Notes under the pieces: generated by a model | What the model saw: the letters and a program-made list of their open reading frames with translations, nothing else | Databases searched by the model: none | Told to the model about the DNA's origin: nothing | Position numbers and translations under genes: made by a program | Source of the DNA: Phyllobates terribilis | Lineage: Eukaryota | Length of the DNA: 64,000 bases | Assembly: GCF_046119375.1 (NCBI RefSeq) | Contig: NW_027362762.1 | Span: forward strand, 683,798,001 to 683,862,000 | Direction of reading: 5' to 3' | Part shown: in pieces, positions 11,532-23,792 of the stretch | Layout: every line of letters begins with the position of its first letter | Position numbering within the stretch: the stretch's first letter is position 1

Positions 11532-12631
11532 TGACGCGCCCCCTGGGCCGTGGGGTACTCGGCAGCCAGGCCTCTGGTTGCTGGGGGATATCACCGTAGT
11601 TGGCCCGGTCCGTGACCCAGGGCGGTCAGTAAAAGGGGGGGAATAGTTTATAGGGGATTTGGAAAGTGTTTGTGATGCTACCTGTGGAATGCGGCTAAGG
11701 GGTGCCGCCGCTGCGGAGCAGTCCTCTGGAGCTGGTGTTACGGCAGCAGGGATGGTGCTGCTCTCCACAGGTAGAGCTAGCTCCAGGGCAGCGTAGGGTG
11801 TAATGGATGGTGTTGCAGGGGGGAGACGGCAGGATGGTCCCGGAGGAAAGACAGACGCTCACACGGGGGTAAGCTTCAGTACCTTTACTGGTGATGTTGC
11901 AGGCACGGTCCAGGGTACTCCAGGCGAAGGGCACACTTTTGGACTCTCCCCAGTGAGCGGGTATAGGGCCTCCTGATCCGTTGCTTTATTCTCTAAGCTT
12001 CTGACCTGCCTGGAGCTAGGCCTAGCTTGGTTACTGTCTCTCTTTGCACCTGCTGACCTGGTTATTGGGCCTTCACTTTGGAAATCACTCTCCCTGGATA
12101 CTGGGACCTCCGTGACTCCTAGCCCTGGTACTGTAATCAGCGTTTGGTGAACCTGGGACCTGTAGTCCTCCAGGGGTTCCGGTAGTTCCTACTGGGTATA
12201 AGGAGTCCCTGTAGGCGTGGACCCGGTGTCCGGTATATATATCGGGGTGAGCCTAGTATGCTCCTCTGCCCCCTTGCTACTTCTTCCTTCTCCTCTCACC
12301 TTCGGCCCACTCAAGTCCCTCACTAGGCCTTCACACGTGCTGTAGGCCTTGGCTCGCCTAAGCACAGCAGCCAGCTCGATGCCTCTTCGCTGCTCTCTGA
12401 GCGTCAGCATGCTCTCTGCTCACTCTGAGCTCTGTCCCTCTCTGTCTCTAAGCAGCAACTAATCTGAGCTGCCTGGCTCCACCCTCCCTTTATATATCCC
12501 TATCAGGGCTCCCTCTGCTGGTCTGAGGTGGTAGGGTGGAGGTGTGTGAATGTAGTGAGGGCCTCTTGTGGAGAAGTCCATCCATGAACCCTTCTGGGTT
12601 CTGTGGCACCAGTGCGCAGCAGGGCGCCACA
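11532..12631 (-). mobile_element. Gypsy-type solo LTR (1100 bp)
   Basis: TGACGCGCC...GGGCGCCACA ends, 4-bp TSD TTGG (11528-11531 and 12632-12635), and a TATA-like TATATAAA on the minus strand near 12490. Confidence 0.9.
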
Positions 12632-13862
12632 TTGGTACAAGAAATCTATATAGCTTCTCTCTGCAAAAGCTATTTATTATAATTACCCCCTCTAACAGGG
12701 AAAGAAACATGTTCAATACCAGCAAATTTAAGTAAGTTAGAATCAGCATTATGGAAATGAGTCACGTGTGATATCAATATTTCTGATCCTTTCTTGGTTA
12801 TGATAGAATGAAAGTGTTCTCTGATACGTATGAACAGGGGGCGAATTTTCTTGCCCATGTAATAATATCAACATGGACAAAAGATTACATATACTATAAA
12901 TTTCGATCTGCAAGAAATAAAGTTTTTAACCATATGAGTGACAGGACCCATTCTCAAAGGATTATCCATAAGGTGTCTGTCACAGAAAGAGCAAGTGCCA
13001 TATTTAAAATTGCCAATAGGTGTAAATCTTTGAAGCCAGTTCCCTGACTCCACTGGTAATCGATGCTTACTAATAAGATCACCAATATTTTGACTCCTTT
13101 TATAGGAGATAATGGGTTTACTGCTGGCAGTGGTTGCAAGATCTTTGTTTCTTTCAATTAAATGCCAATTATTGTAAATGGCTTTCCTAATAATGTCATC
13201 TAGGGGACCATGTTTGAAATGAAAAACAAATCTATTTTGCCTATGGGTTTTATGTTTATCCCTGCATCTATGTAATAAATCTGATAGGGAAAATTTTGCA
13301 GCTTTAGCCAAAGCCGCATTAAGTGCTTTTATGGGGTAACCTCTAGTTGTAAAGTTAGACCTCAATTCATACGCTTGCTCAAAAAATGTCTCATCAGTAC
13401 TGTTAATTTTTCTGAGTCTTCAAAATTGGCTATAAGGCTATCCGGTTCTTGTGTGGACAGAGTGTGCACTGCGATAATGCAGAAAAGAATTAATAGATGT
13501 CGGTTTTTTATAGACTGTTATCTGTATATCACCATCTTGTATTGAAATAGAAACATCCAAGAAATTGACCTCCAAATTCTGTAGTAAACTGCATATTGAA
13601 CATATTTACAGTGTTAAGATAGGGAACAAAATCTGAAAATTCTTTGGCGGTTCCCGCCCATACAATAAAAATATCGTTTATATATCTTAGAAATAGTTTT
13701 ATCTTAGAAATAGTTTGACATGCTTAATGTAGAGGTTCTCAACAGTACTGATAAATTTACTCTCAAAATAAGCCAAGAAAAGGTTAGCGTATACTCAAGC
13801 GACAGGTGTCCCCATCGCAGTGCTGGTACACTGCTTGTACCATTTTTGTAAAAAAAAAGTGT

Positions 13863-14850
13863 AAGACTCAGAAAAATTAACAGTACTGATGAGACATTTT
13901 TTGAGCAAGCGTATGAATTGAGGTCTAACTTTACAACTAGAGGTTACCCCATAGCAACACTTAATGAGGCTTTGGCTAAAGCTGCAAAATTTTCCCAATC
14001 AGATTTAACATCGTCCCCTAGATGACATTATTAGGAAAGCCATTTACAGTAATTGGCATTTAATTGAAAGCGACAAAGATCTTGCAACCACTGCCAGCAG
14101 TAAACCCATTATCTCCTATAAAAGGAGTCAAAATATTGGTTATCTTATTAGTAAGCATCGATTACCAGTGCAATCAGGGAACTGGCTTCAAAGATTTACA
14201 CCTATTAGCAATTTTAAATGTGGCACTTGCTCTTTCTGTGACAGACACCTTACGGATAATCCTTTGAGAATGGGTCCTGTCACTCATATGGTTAAAAACT
14301 TTATTTCTTGCAGATGGAAATTTATAGTATATGTAATCTTTTGTCCATGTGGATATTATTACATGGGCAAGAAAATTCGCCCCCTGTTCATACGTATCAG
14401 AGAACACTTTCATTCTATCATAACCAAGAAAGGATCAGAAATATTGCTATCACACTTGAATCATTCCCATAATGCTGATTCTAACTTACTTAAATTTGCT
14501 GGTATTGAACATGTTTCTTTCCTGGTTAGAGGGGGTAATTATAATAAATTGCTTTTGCTGAGAGAAGCTATATGGATTTCTCCTACCAATGCTACTGACC
14601 TTTTGGGGCTGAATTACCGATCTGATTTTTCTATGTTTTTATGATTGTTTTAATTTTCTGATGTGAACCTAATTACTCATCTGCTAGAGGAAGTGAGGTG
14701 GCACTTCTGACTATCTGGACCTGCAGAAGTGCTATCTACAGCGCCAAACCGCTGACGTCCGTCTCTCCTTCCCGCACTCCCTGCTTTCCACTGACTTTTT
14801 ATTCAATTTATGAAATAAAGGACTACTGATTTTAAAGAACGGTGAGTGCA
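13863..14850 (+). mobile_element. Inverted duplicate (pLTR-like arm) of the 3' part of the Penelope element
   Basis: Reverse complement of 13420 to 8365 minus the insertions. GIY-YIG ORF remnant at 14168-14644; ends GGTGAGTGC. Confidence 0.9.
14717..14760 (+). ncRNA. Degenerate type I hammerhead ribozyme in the PLE 3' region
   Basis: GGAC-CTGCAGA-A-GTGCT(ATCTAC)AGCGC-CAAA-C-CGCT-G-AC-GTCC. The other arm's copy retains GAAA and GTC. Confidence 0.6.
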
Positions 14851-14959
14851 GCTTTCATCATCTTTTTCTATTGGTACAAGCCATACAGTACCATTTAGAT
14901 CATTACAGCTCCTTTTCCAATGAACTAAAGCAGTTTATTTTAATTGCTTTAAATTACCT

Positions 14960-16480
14960 TCCTAAGCATAAGTTTTATGTTGGACTCTAACTTTTACCAA
15001 CAGATTGAAATTTTCCCCATCTTTGGTGATCCTATATATGTTGACGTGGCTTGGTACGGTTGCTACGTGGACGACTTACTTTTACTGTGGTCAGGCCATG
15101 TGGGGACCGTGCCAAACTTCCTTGCCTATCTTAACAAAAATAATCTCAATTTAAGGTTCACTTGTTCTCCTTCTAGTTTGCAAAACCCTTTTCAGGACAT
15201 TTGGCTGTCTGGGGATTCTTATACCAACAAGGTAAACACTTCTTTGTATGGGAAAGATGTTTCAGGGAACACCATTCTCCAATCTTCTAGTTGTTACACC
15301 TAATACACCATGAAATCTATTCTCTATGGAGAATTTATCGTTGAGGACAGGCTTCGTAATAGAGGCTATAGTAAACAATTGATTGAAACTACTACAAGAG
15401 AGCTAAGCTTGAAACCAAGGAAACAATGCTTCATAATACAAACAGAAATAACAACTGTAGGGGTAAAAGTGCAGCGTTGCCTATCACATTCAGTACATTT
15501 AATTTACAGTTTAATACATTCAAACACATTGTATGCAAATATCTGCCAGTGCTGAACCAGGATAATATTTTTTAAAAAGTAACAGAAAACTGATGTAGAT
15601 GTGTTGCCAGAAGGTGCTGAATGGAAATATTCTCTCCCAGTTTATTCACAGGTTGTCCCAGGTTATCTTGTGTAGGTTTTTATAGGTGTGGTGGCATTCG
15701 TTGTAATGTTTGTGGTTTTGATGTCAATGGAAAACATAATTTTTCATTACTGAATTGCGTGAACAACACTATTAAAAGGGTTTTCCCACGAACAAATGTT
15801 AGTTTTAATCAATGGCTATATCTGACCGTGTACGGAACATGGTCTGATCATACCTCATCTCCTGGGCAGTGGAGGAAGCAAAAGACAATACATACTTTAC
15901 AGCAGAGGATGACAGAGGATTCATTTTGTGAGGTAAAACATTTCACTGCCTGTTTTTAAACAATATTTTATCTCACAAAATGAATCCTCTGTGATCCCCT
16001 GCTGTAATGTCTGTATAGTCTTTTGCTTCCTCCCCAGCCCAGGAGCTGTGGTATGATCAGACCATGTTCCGTACACGGTCAGACACAGACATTGATTAAA
16101 ATGAACTTTTGTTCGTGGGAAAACCCCTTTAAGTCTTTTATCAATTGTAATTCGCATTATGTCATGTATTGCATTGAATGTGTGTCCTGCAATGTGCAGA
16201 ATATAGGGTGTACAACCCGTAAACTCAAAAGGCACATTGTGGAACACACAGCAAACATTACCAACAAAAACAGTTTTTATTCGGGTGTGATACAACACAT
16301 TTTTTAACACTTATAATGTAGATATGTTCACGTTAAGATTTTAGGGTAATGAGAAGGTGACACACCCCAATAGGAGAGGAAGTTGGCAAAGACAGCTTAT
16401 GCTACATGAGGCTTTTTGGACTCTGACATTTGAATTCAAATTTCATAAAGGTATAAATCTAAAAAGTGATCTTTATTATA
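14960..16480 (+). pseudogene. Second, highly decayed Penelope-like RT/GIY-YIG remnant
   Basis: CYVDDLLLLWSG (RT) and YVMYCIECVSCNVQNIGCTTRKLKRHIVEH (endonuclease). Confidence 0.8.
15776..16128. mobile_element. T2/Kolobok-type palindromic MITE
   Basis: TTAA TSD on both sides. Termini AAGGGTTTTCCCACGAACAAA and TTTGTTCGTGGGAAAACCCCT. Confidence 0.9.
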
Positions 16481-16829
16481 TTTATTATATTAAGAGCATT
16501 TGATGTTTTCTAAATAGTCCATGTTAATTAAGTAATTTAATTCATGTGAAATTGATCATTGTTTGTTTAAAACGAGGCTCTTTGTGCTTTGGTTTCATAC
16601 TGTGACTAAGTTCTTTGTGTTGCTAAAAATGTATCAGTTTTAATTCTATTCTATGGATCCAAGGTTTTAACAGATTGTGAATAAACTTCAAGATTTTATC
16701 AACCATATAGCAGCGCCGAATGTTTCCTAAATTTGCTCACGGGTCAAAGTACCATATAACAATAGTGCTTCTTAAGCGTCCAGTTAACATTTAATAATGT
16801 CTGCTGAGTCCCCCCATTTACAGTAATAA

Positions 16830-17950
16830 TGTTCCCTTAGTCCCCCTATGTACAGCTCCCCCATACACAGTATGAAGTCCCCACAGCTTCTCTTTGCACA
16901 GTATGATGTCCCCACAGCTCCCCTATGCCCACTATGATGGGCCCACAGCTCCCTTATGCACAGTGTAATGGCTCTACAGCTCCCCTATGCACCCTGTTAC
17001 GGGCCCACAGCTCCCCTACACAGTGTGATGCCCCCTCACCTCCCCTATATATAGTGTGATGGACCCCAGCTCCCCAATGCACAGAATGATGGGCCCATAT
17101 CTCCCCTATACACAGTATGATGGGCCTATGGCTCTCCTATGTAGTATGATGCCCCCCCACAGCACCTTATATACAACGTGATGCCCCTTACAGCACCCTA
17201 TACACAGCATGATGCCCCCAAAAACAGCCTTTACCCAGTGTGATGGCCCCCCACAAAGTAGATGGGCCCACAGCTCCCATACACACATCGGGATAGGCCC
17301 ACAGCTCCACCAGACACAGCAATATGGACCCACAGCTCCACCACATACAGCAGGATGACCCCCATTAGCCCCTTACACTGTATTATGGCCCTCAGTAGCC
17401 CTTCCACATTGTGTGATGCCCGCAGTAGTCCCTACATGGTGTATGCTGGCCCCCAGTAGCCCCTCCATGTTATATGATGGCCCCCAGTAACCCTTCCACG
17501 TTGCATGGTGGCCCCTAGTAGCTCTTCCACATTGCGTTATGGCCCCAGTAGTCCCCAAAAGTGCTTTTAATAAAAAATAAAAAACATTGTATACTCATCT
17601 AACCCTCAGTCCTCACAACTCCACTCCCACACAACTGCAAGACAATGTGGTGATCTCACTGGACTTAAGTCCTATGCAAGCCCCGATGCGATTACGGCAT
17701 CACACCGCTCCGCCTGTGACTCATCCTGTGCGTCTCCCTGCTGTTCTGCGGGCTACAGGACTAAAGTGACCTACAGCCTACAGACTGAAGAGGGTAGTGC
17801 AGGGAGACTATTCTCCCTCCCTGCTCACATGCAAAGTTTGACAGTATTGGTGTGCCATACATCGAAGAGTGGGGAACACCCCAGGTGGGCCCCTCCAAGT
17901 AAGGAAACTGGGGTGACCGCATCCTCTGCCCCCCCTGGTAGCTATGCGAC
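16830..17950 (-). mobile_element. Non-autonomous element with an internal ~31-33 bp minisatellite (16830-17560)
   Basis: CACAGCTCCCCTATACACAGTATGATG-type array. The end CTGGTAGCTATGCGACT resembles the terminus CAGTAGCATAGCTACC at 55516. Confidence 0.6.
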
Positions 17951-18374
17951 TAGGTGATACACTTCAAACCAAGGAGAAAATATGGAGTAAATCAATAGGA
18001 AAAATCTTTATTAAATACATAAATATAAAAGATGCATAATCAAATCACAGCATTTAGCAGATAGGGATACATAGGGTCGAGGGATAGCAGCAGTAAATAG
18101 CTCATGAGCCCCCCGCACACCCACATGATGAATTGTAAATTATGGTGTGGGGACTCCTCAGGTAAGGTAACTAGCATAAATAGAAAATGGCCATGGAACA
18201 GTAATACTCAGTATATCCTGGACTGAGTACCGTCCACAATCTCTTAATGTACCCACTGTCCAAAAATACATAAAGGGAACCGTACCAGGGAATAGAACAC
18301 GAGACTAAAGTGCTGAGTGCAATTGGCCATGGAAACAAACGCCTTGCTACACTTGCTTGGTAATGTTATATACT

Positions 18375-19676
<1,302 letters not shown>

Positions 19677-21577
19677 TAGTGTTGAGCCACCCCCGTAGTG
19701 TTCGGGTTCGGTTGGGTTCGTCGAACACCGTGATGTTCGTGGAACTGTTCGTCGAACACCTTAGAACACCATCGAACACCGTCGAACACCGTTAAAACCA
19801 ATGGCAGACAAACAAAAACACATAGAAACACATAGAAAACACCTTCAAAGGTGTCCAAAAGCTGACAAACTGCTCAGAAGACACTCTCTTTAAAAAAGCC
19901 GGCCGGCAATTCAGCAGCGGCATACACCGGTACCCGACAATTTAGACAAGACGGAATAGAGCATCACACATAGATTAGATAGATAGAAACATGTCAGTCA
20001 AATATATAAGAAGTACAGTGACAGTGTTGCTTACTGTACTTGTCATTTAGTGTTAAAGTATTTATTTAAAAAAATAATAGTGTTTTCATGCACCGTCTCT
20101 TTAAAAAAGCCGGCCGGCAATTCAGCATCGGTACCCAACAATTTATAACAGAAAGAATAGAGCATCACACATAGATTAGATAGATAGAAACATGTCAGTC
20201 ACATATATAAGAAGTACAGTGAGAGTGTTCATTACTGTACTTGTCATTTTGTGTTAAAATAAAGGATTTATTAAAAAAAAAATTGGCGTGGGGTTCCCCG
20301 TAATTTTAGTCTCTAGCGGAGGTTAAGCAGGCAGCTGGGGCAGATGTTTGAAGCCTGGGAAGGGGTTAATACCCACGGAGCTTCCCAGGCTACTAATATC
20401 AGCCCCCAGCTGAATACCTAGCCTTTACTAGCTATTAAAATGGGGGACCCCCAAAAAGATGACATGGGGTCCCCCCTATTTTAATAGCTAGCAAAGGCTA
20501 GGCAGACAGCTGGGGGCTGATATTAATAGTCCAGGAAGGGTGCCATGAATATTGGCCCCCTCCCAGGCTAGAAACACCAGCCGTCAGCCGCCCCAGAAAT
20601 GGCGCATCCGTAGGATGCGCCAATTCTGGCACTTAGCCTCGCTCTTCCCACTGCCCTGTAGCGGTGGCAGTGGGGTAATAGGGCTGGAGTTGATGTCAGC
20701 TTATAATGCCAGCTGACATCAAGCCCAGGTTAGTAATGGAGAGGCGTCTATAAGACACCCCCTTTACTAACCCCATAGTCAAAGTTAAAAAAAAACACAA
20801 ACACCCAGAATAAAGTCCTTTAATTGAAATAAACACACAATTCTTTATTGTTCTAAATTAAACCATACTTACCGTCACGCCCATTCCAGCTGAAGCCAAC
20901 GATCTCCTGCAATAAAAGTAAAATAATAAAGCAACATCATCCTTACCTTTCCATGGTTCCCACGACAGCTTCAGCTCTGCTACATTCACATGACAGGCTG
21001 GAGCGCAGCAGAACGCTGCCATCCAGCTTGCCATGCGGCAGACACTGAGAAGGGCAGGCATGCTTGCGCTCCTCAGTAGTGTTGAGCCACCCCCGTAGTG
21101 TTCGAGTTCGGTTCGGTCCGTCGAACACCCGTGTGTTCGCCGAACTGTTCGTCGAACTGTTCGTCGAACACCTTCGAACACCGTTAAAACCAATGGCAGG
21201 CAAACAAAAACACATAGAAACACATAGAAAACACCTTCAAAGGTGTCCAAAAGCTGACAAACTGCTCAGAAGACACAACTAACACATGGAAAAGTGACAA
21301 GTACATATAGTCATGCGAAAAGAAAAGAGGTGGAGGAGTAAAAGGAGGGGGAGACACAGATATAGGCATGTCATGCCCTTCTAAAATCCAAAAAGTGAGA
21401 AGCCGAGACGGCCAGTCCGCTCCTGCCCGTGCCACCTCCGTGTCGCCGGGTTTGTGCCAGAGCCGCGGTGAACCCTGACGGCCAGCCCCCCTCTCCCAAT
21501 ACTGGTGCCTGTCCGCTGGTGGGTCGAGAGAGCCCCCCTGTGGTGGAGGCAGCTCTAAGCTTTTTAATTTAAATTGT

Positions 21578-21848
21578 CCCTCTAATTTGAATGAATACAC
21601 TTTAAATCCATTTACAAGGATCTATTGGAGGGCAAGTCTCATGCCAGCAGCCGCGTAATTCCAGCTCCAGTAGCGTCCACTAAAGCTGCTGCAGTTAAAA
21701 AGCTTTTATAAGGATCGAGCTCGGCTGTCCACCGCAAGGCATCCTAGTGCCAGTCCCAGCCCCTATGCCTTGGGGTGCCTCCTGATGCTCTTCACTAAGT
21801 ATCCCGTGGTCCCGAAGCATTTCCTTTGAAAAAATTAAGTGTCCAAAC
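21578..21848 (+). pseudogene. 18S rRNA gene fragment (~270 bp, 530-loop region into V4) inside the hAT element
   Basis: TGGAGGGCAAGTC..TGCCAGCAGCCGCGTAATTCCAGCTCC..GCTGCAGTTAAAAAGCT..CCCGAAGC..TTTGAAAAAATTA is colinear with vertebrate 18S as I recall it. Confidence 0.93.
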
Positions 21849-21959
21849 TACAGGTGGTGTAGCTTGCTTAACAGCCGGGATAATCCGCTGACTAGCAGAC
21901 ACTGCTACTAGGCACAAAGTATTTCCTGGGCTAGATGCAGTTAAAAATTTGTAAGTAGA

Positions 21960-23792
21960 TACTCTCGTTGGATGCTGAGAAAGCATTCCATAGAGTCTCC
22001 TGGCACGCCATATATGATTCTCTTAAAAAGCTTGGGGTAGGGGTCTAGGGGACCCTTTTATAGCCAAAATCACGGCCCTGTATCACAATACGTCACCTAG
22101 GCTGAAGATAAATGGAACTGTAGCACCGAGGGCTCGGTTGCTACAGACGTATTGCACCTCACCCAGAGGTGTGATATCTCACTCTCAGATAAGGATGGAG
22201 TGTGGATCAGGACCCGACACCTGCATGCATTACACCACATTGCCGTGGGGCAGGGCGACCAATATGCCCCTGAGATGGGCACGACAGTCCCTGTCCCTGG
22301 CTGGAGTGGGGGGAGGGAACACTGAGGAAGGGGAACCCTGCAGTGCAGGAGCAGGGAGGAAGCAGTTCCTGGGTGCATTGAGAAGGGAGTATAAAAGGTG
22401 GGCACCATCTTAGTTCAGTGCAGAGAAGTCTGAGCAGAAGTGGCAGGGAGCAGGGGCTCTGCATGAGCTCTGCTCCGGAGGCGGGCCTAGTAACAGAGGC
22501 CCAGGCCTGCAAGAGGGAGAAGGAAGGAAGAGGAGCGGAGAAGGCTCCAGGAACGAGGAATGAAGGGATCCCAGGGGTGCGGACGGGCGAGTCGCCACCG
22601 CATGCCCGAATCCACCTGCGTGGAGGGGTCAGGCCAAAGGGGGAGACCGGTCCCCGAACTAGTGGAGGCAGGAAACGACCCTCAGCTAGAAACCGGAGGC
22701 TCTGACATTTTATGTGGCGCAGCCCCTTGCTCCACCCGCTAGGAAGGCACCACATAGGGTCAGGGAAACTGGCGCCAAGTTTACCAAGAGGAGGCCCGAG
22801 GCAGCCGGACAGAAGTGTTGGTAAGAAAGGCCAGACAAAGGACACACAAAGGGGGTCCTGTGAAGCGCTCCAAAGTTATCTGGGAGTTGTCTGAGCCCCT
22901 CACCTGGTGAGCACAGTACGACGTGGGCAGCCGTTACCTGCAGACGTGGTCTGGATAATAAGAACTGTGAGTAAAGGCCCTGAACTGCATCACTGACTCC
23001 GTGTCGTTACTGCTGCTGCCCTGCACCATCACCCCCATCCTCCGCATACACTGCCCTGAGGCTATACTCCTCCCGTGGGGAGTTATGCTACGCTCTGCTG
23101 CACCCACAACACCAGCCTTAGCGGTCTGCCCTGTAGCGGCGGTTCACTCTGACCGCAATCCACGGGTGGCGTAGTCGGACATTTAAACATCAAAACCACA
23201 TAAATAGTTCCGCCACTGGTTTGACCGCCCTGAGCCACGGAACCGGATCGCCGCCACGAAGACTACAACCACCAGCATCCACCAAAAAGGGTCCGGCTCC
23301 GGGTGTCCCAAGGCCCAGGGGGTGCGTCAGAACATTTTCATCACCTTTCACAATCACCAATGGGACAAGGCAGGGATGTCCTCTGTCCCCTCTCTTATAC
23401 ATCCTAGTGACGGAGCACCTGCTCTCATCAATTCGCCATAACCCCAATATTAGGTGGATTGAGGTGGGAGGCACCGAGTACAAGTGCTCTCTATTTGCTG
23501 ATGATGTCCTAGTATATATCACTCAATCACATATATCCATCCCTGCTGTTATGGCTGAAATAGATCACTTTGTTACATGGTAAAATTTTAAAATCAATGC
23601 AGCGAAGTCTGAGGCCCTCGATGTCTCCCTCCCTAAATCCATATAGGATTCCATCCAGTCCAACTTTCCCTTTGCCTGGCCCTCACAGGGTATCAAATAC
23701 TTAGGAATTCCTATTCATAGAGACCTCTCCCATCTATGTTATCTTAATTTTGGGCCCTTTATTGAACAATTCCATACAGACCACGGTTGGCA
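21960..23792 (+). pseudogene. Internal L1-clade ORF2 reverse transcriptase fragment split by a solo LTR
   Basis: SLDAEKAF, GTRQGCPLSPLL, LFADD and IKYLGI motifs. The reading continues across the LTR (LKING|TFSSPF). Confidence 0.9.
22119..23329 (+). mobile_element. Gypsy-type solo LTR (1211 bp)
   Basis: TG...CA ends, 4-bp TSD GAAC (22115-22118 and 23330-23333), TATAAAA at ~22390, and 3' part homologous to the LTR at 46485. Confidence 0.92.

Larger units (their letters stand above)
8365..13860 (-). mobile_element. Penelope-like element (RT plus GIY-YIG endonuclease, Neptune-like Cys-rich linker), decayed and interrupted by two solo LTRs
   Basis: TAMGTPVA and RYINDIF RT motifs near 13.7-13.8 kb. 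VYVIFCPC-GYYYMGKKIRPLFIRIREH endonuclease motif. The sequence is continuous across the insertions at 8483-11381 and 11532-12631. Confidence 0.88.

Noticed and set aside
16705-16745. CCCGTGAGC...GGAAACATT on the minus strand as a hammerhead
   Set aside because: The core is too degenerate to distinguish from chance.
21578-21848. Functional rRNA gene
   Set aside because: Only ~270 bp, with substitutions and a deletion in the 530-loop motif, and embedded in a transposon.
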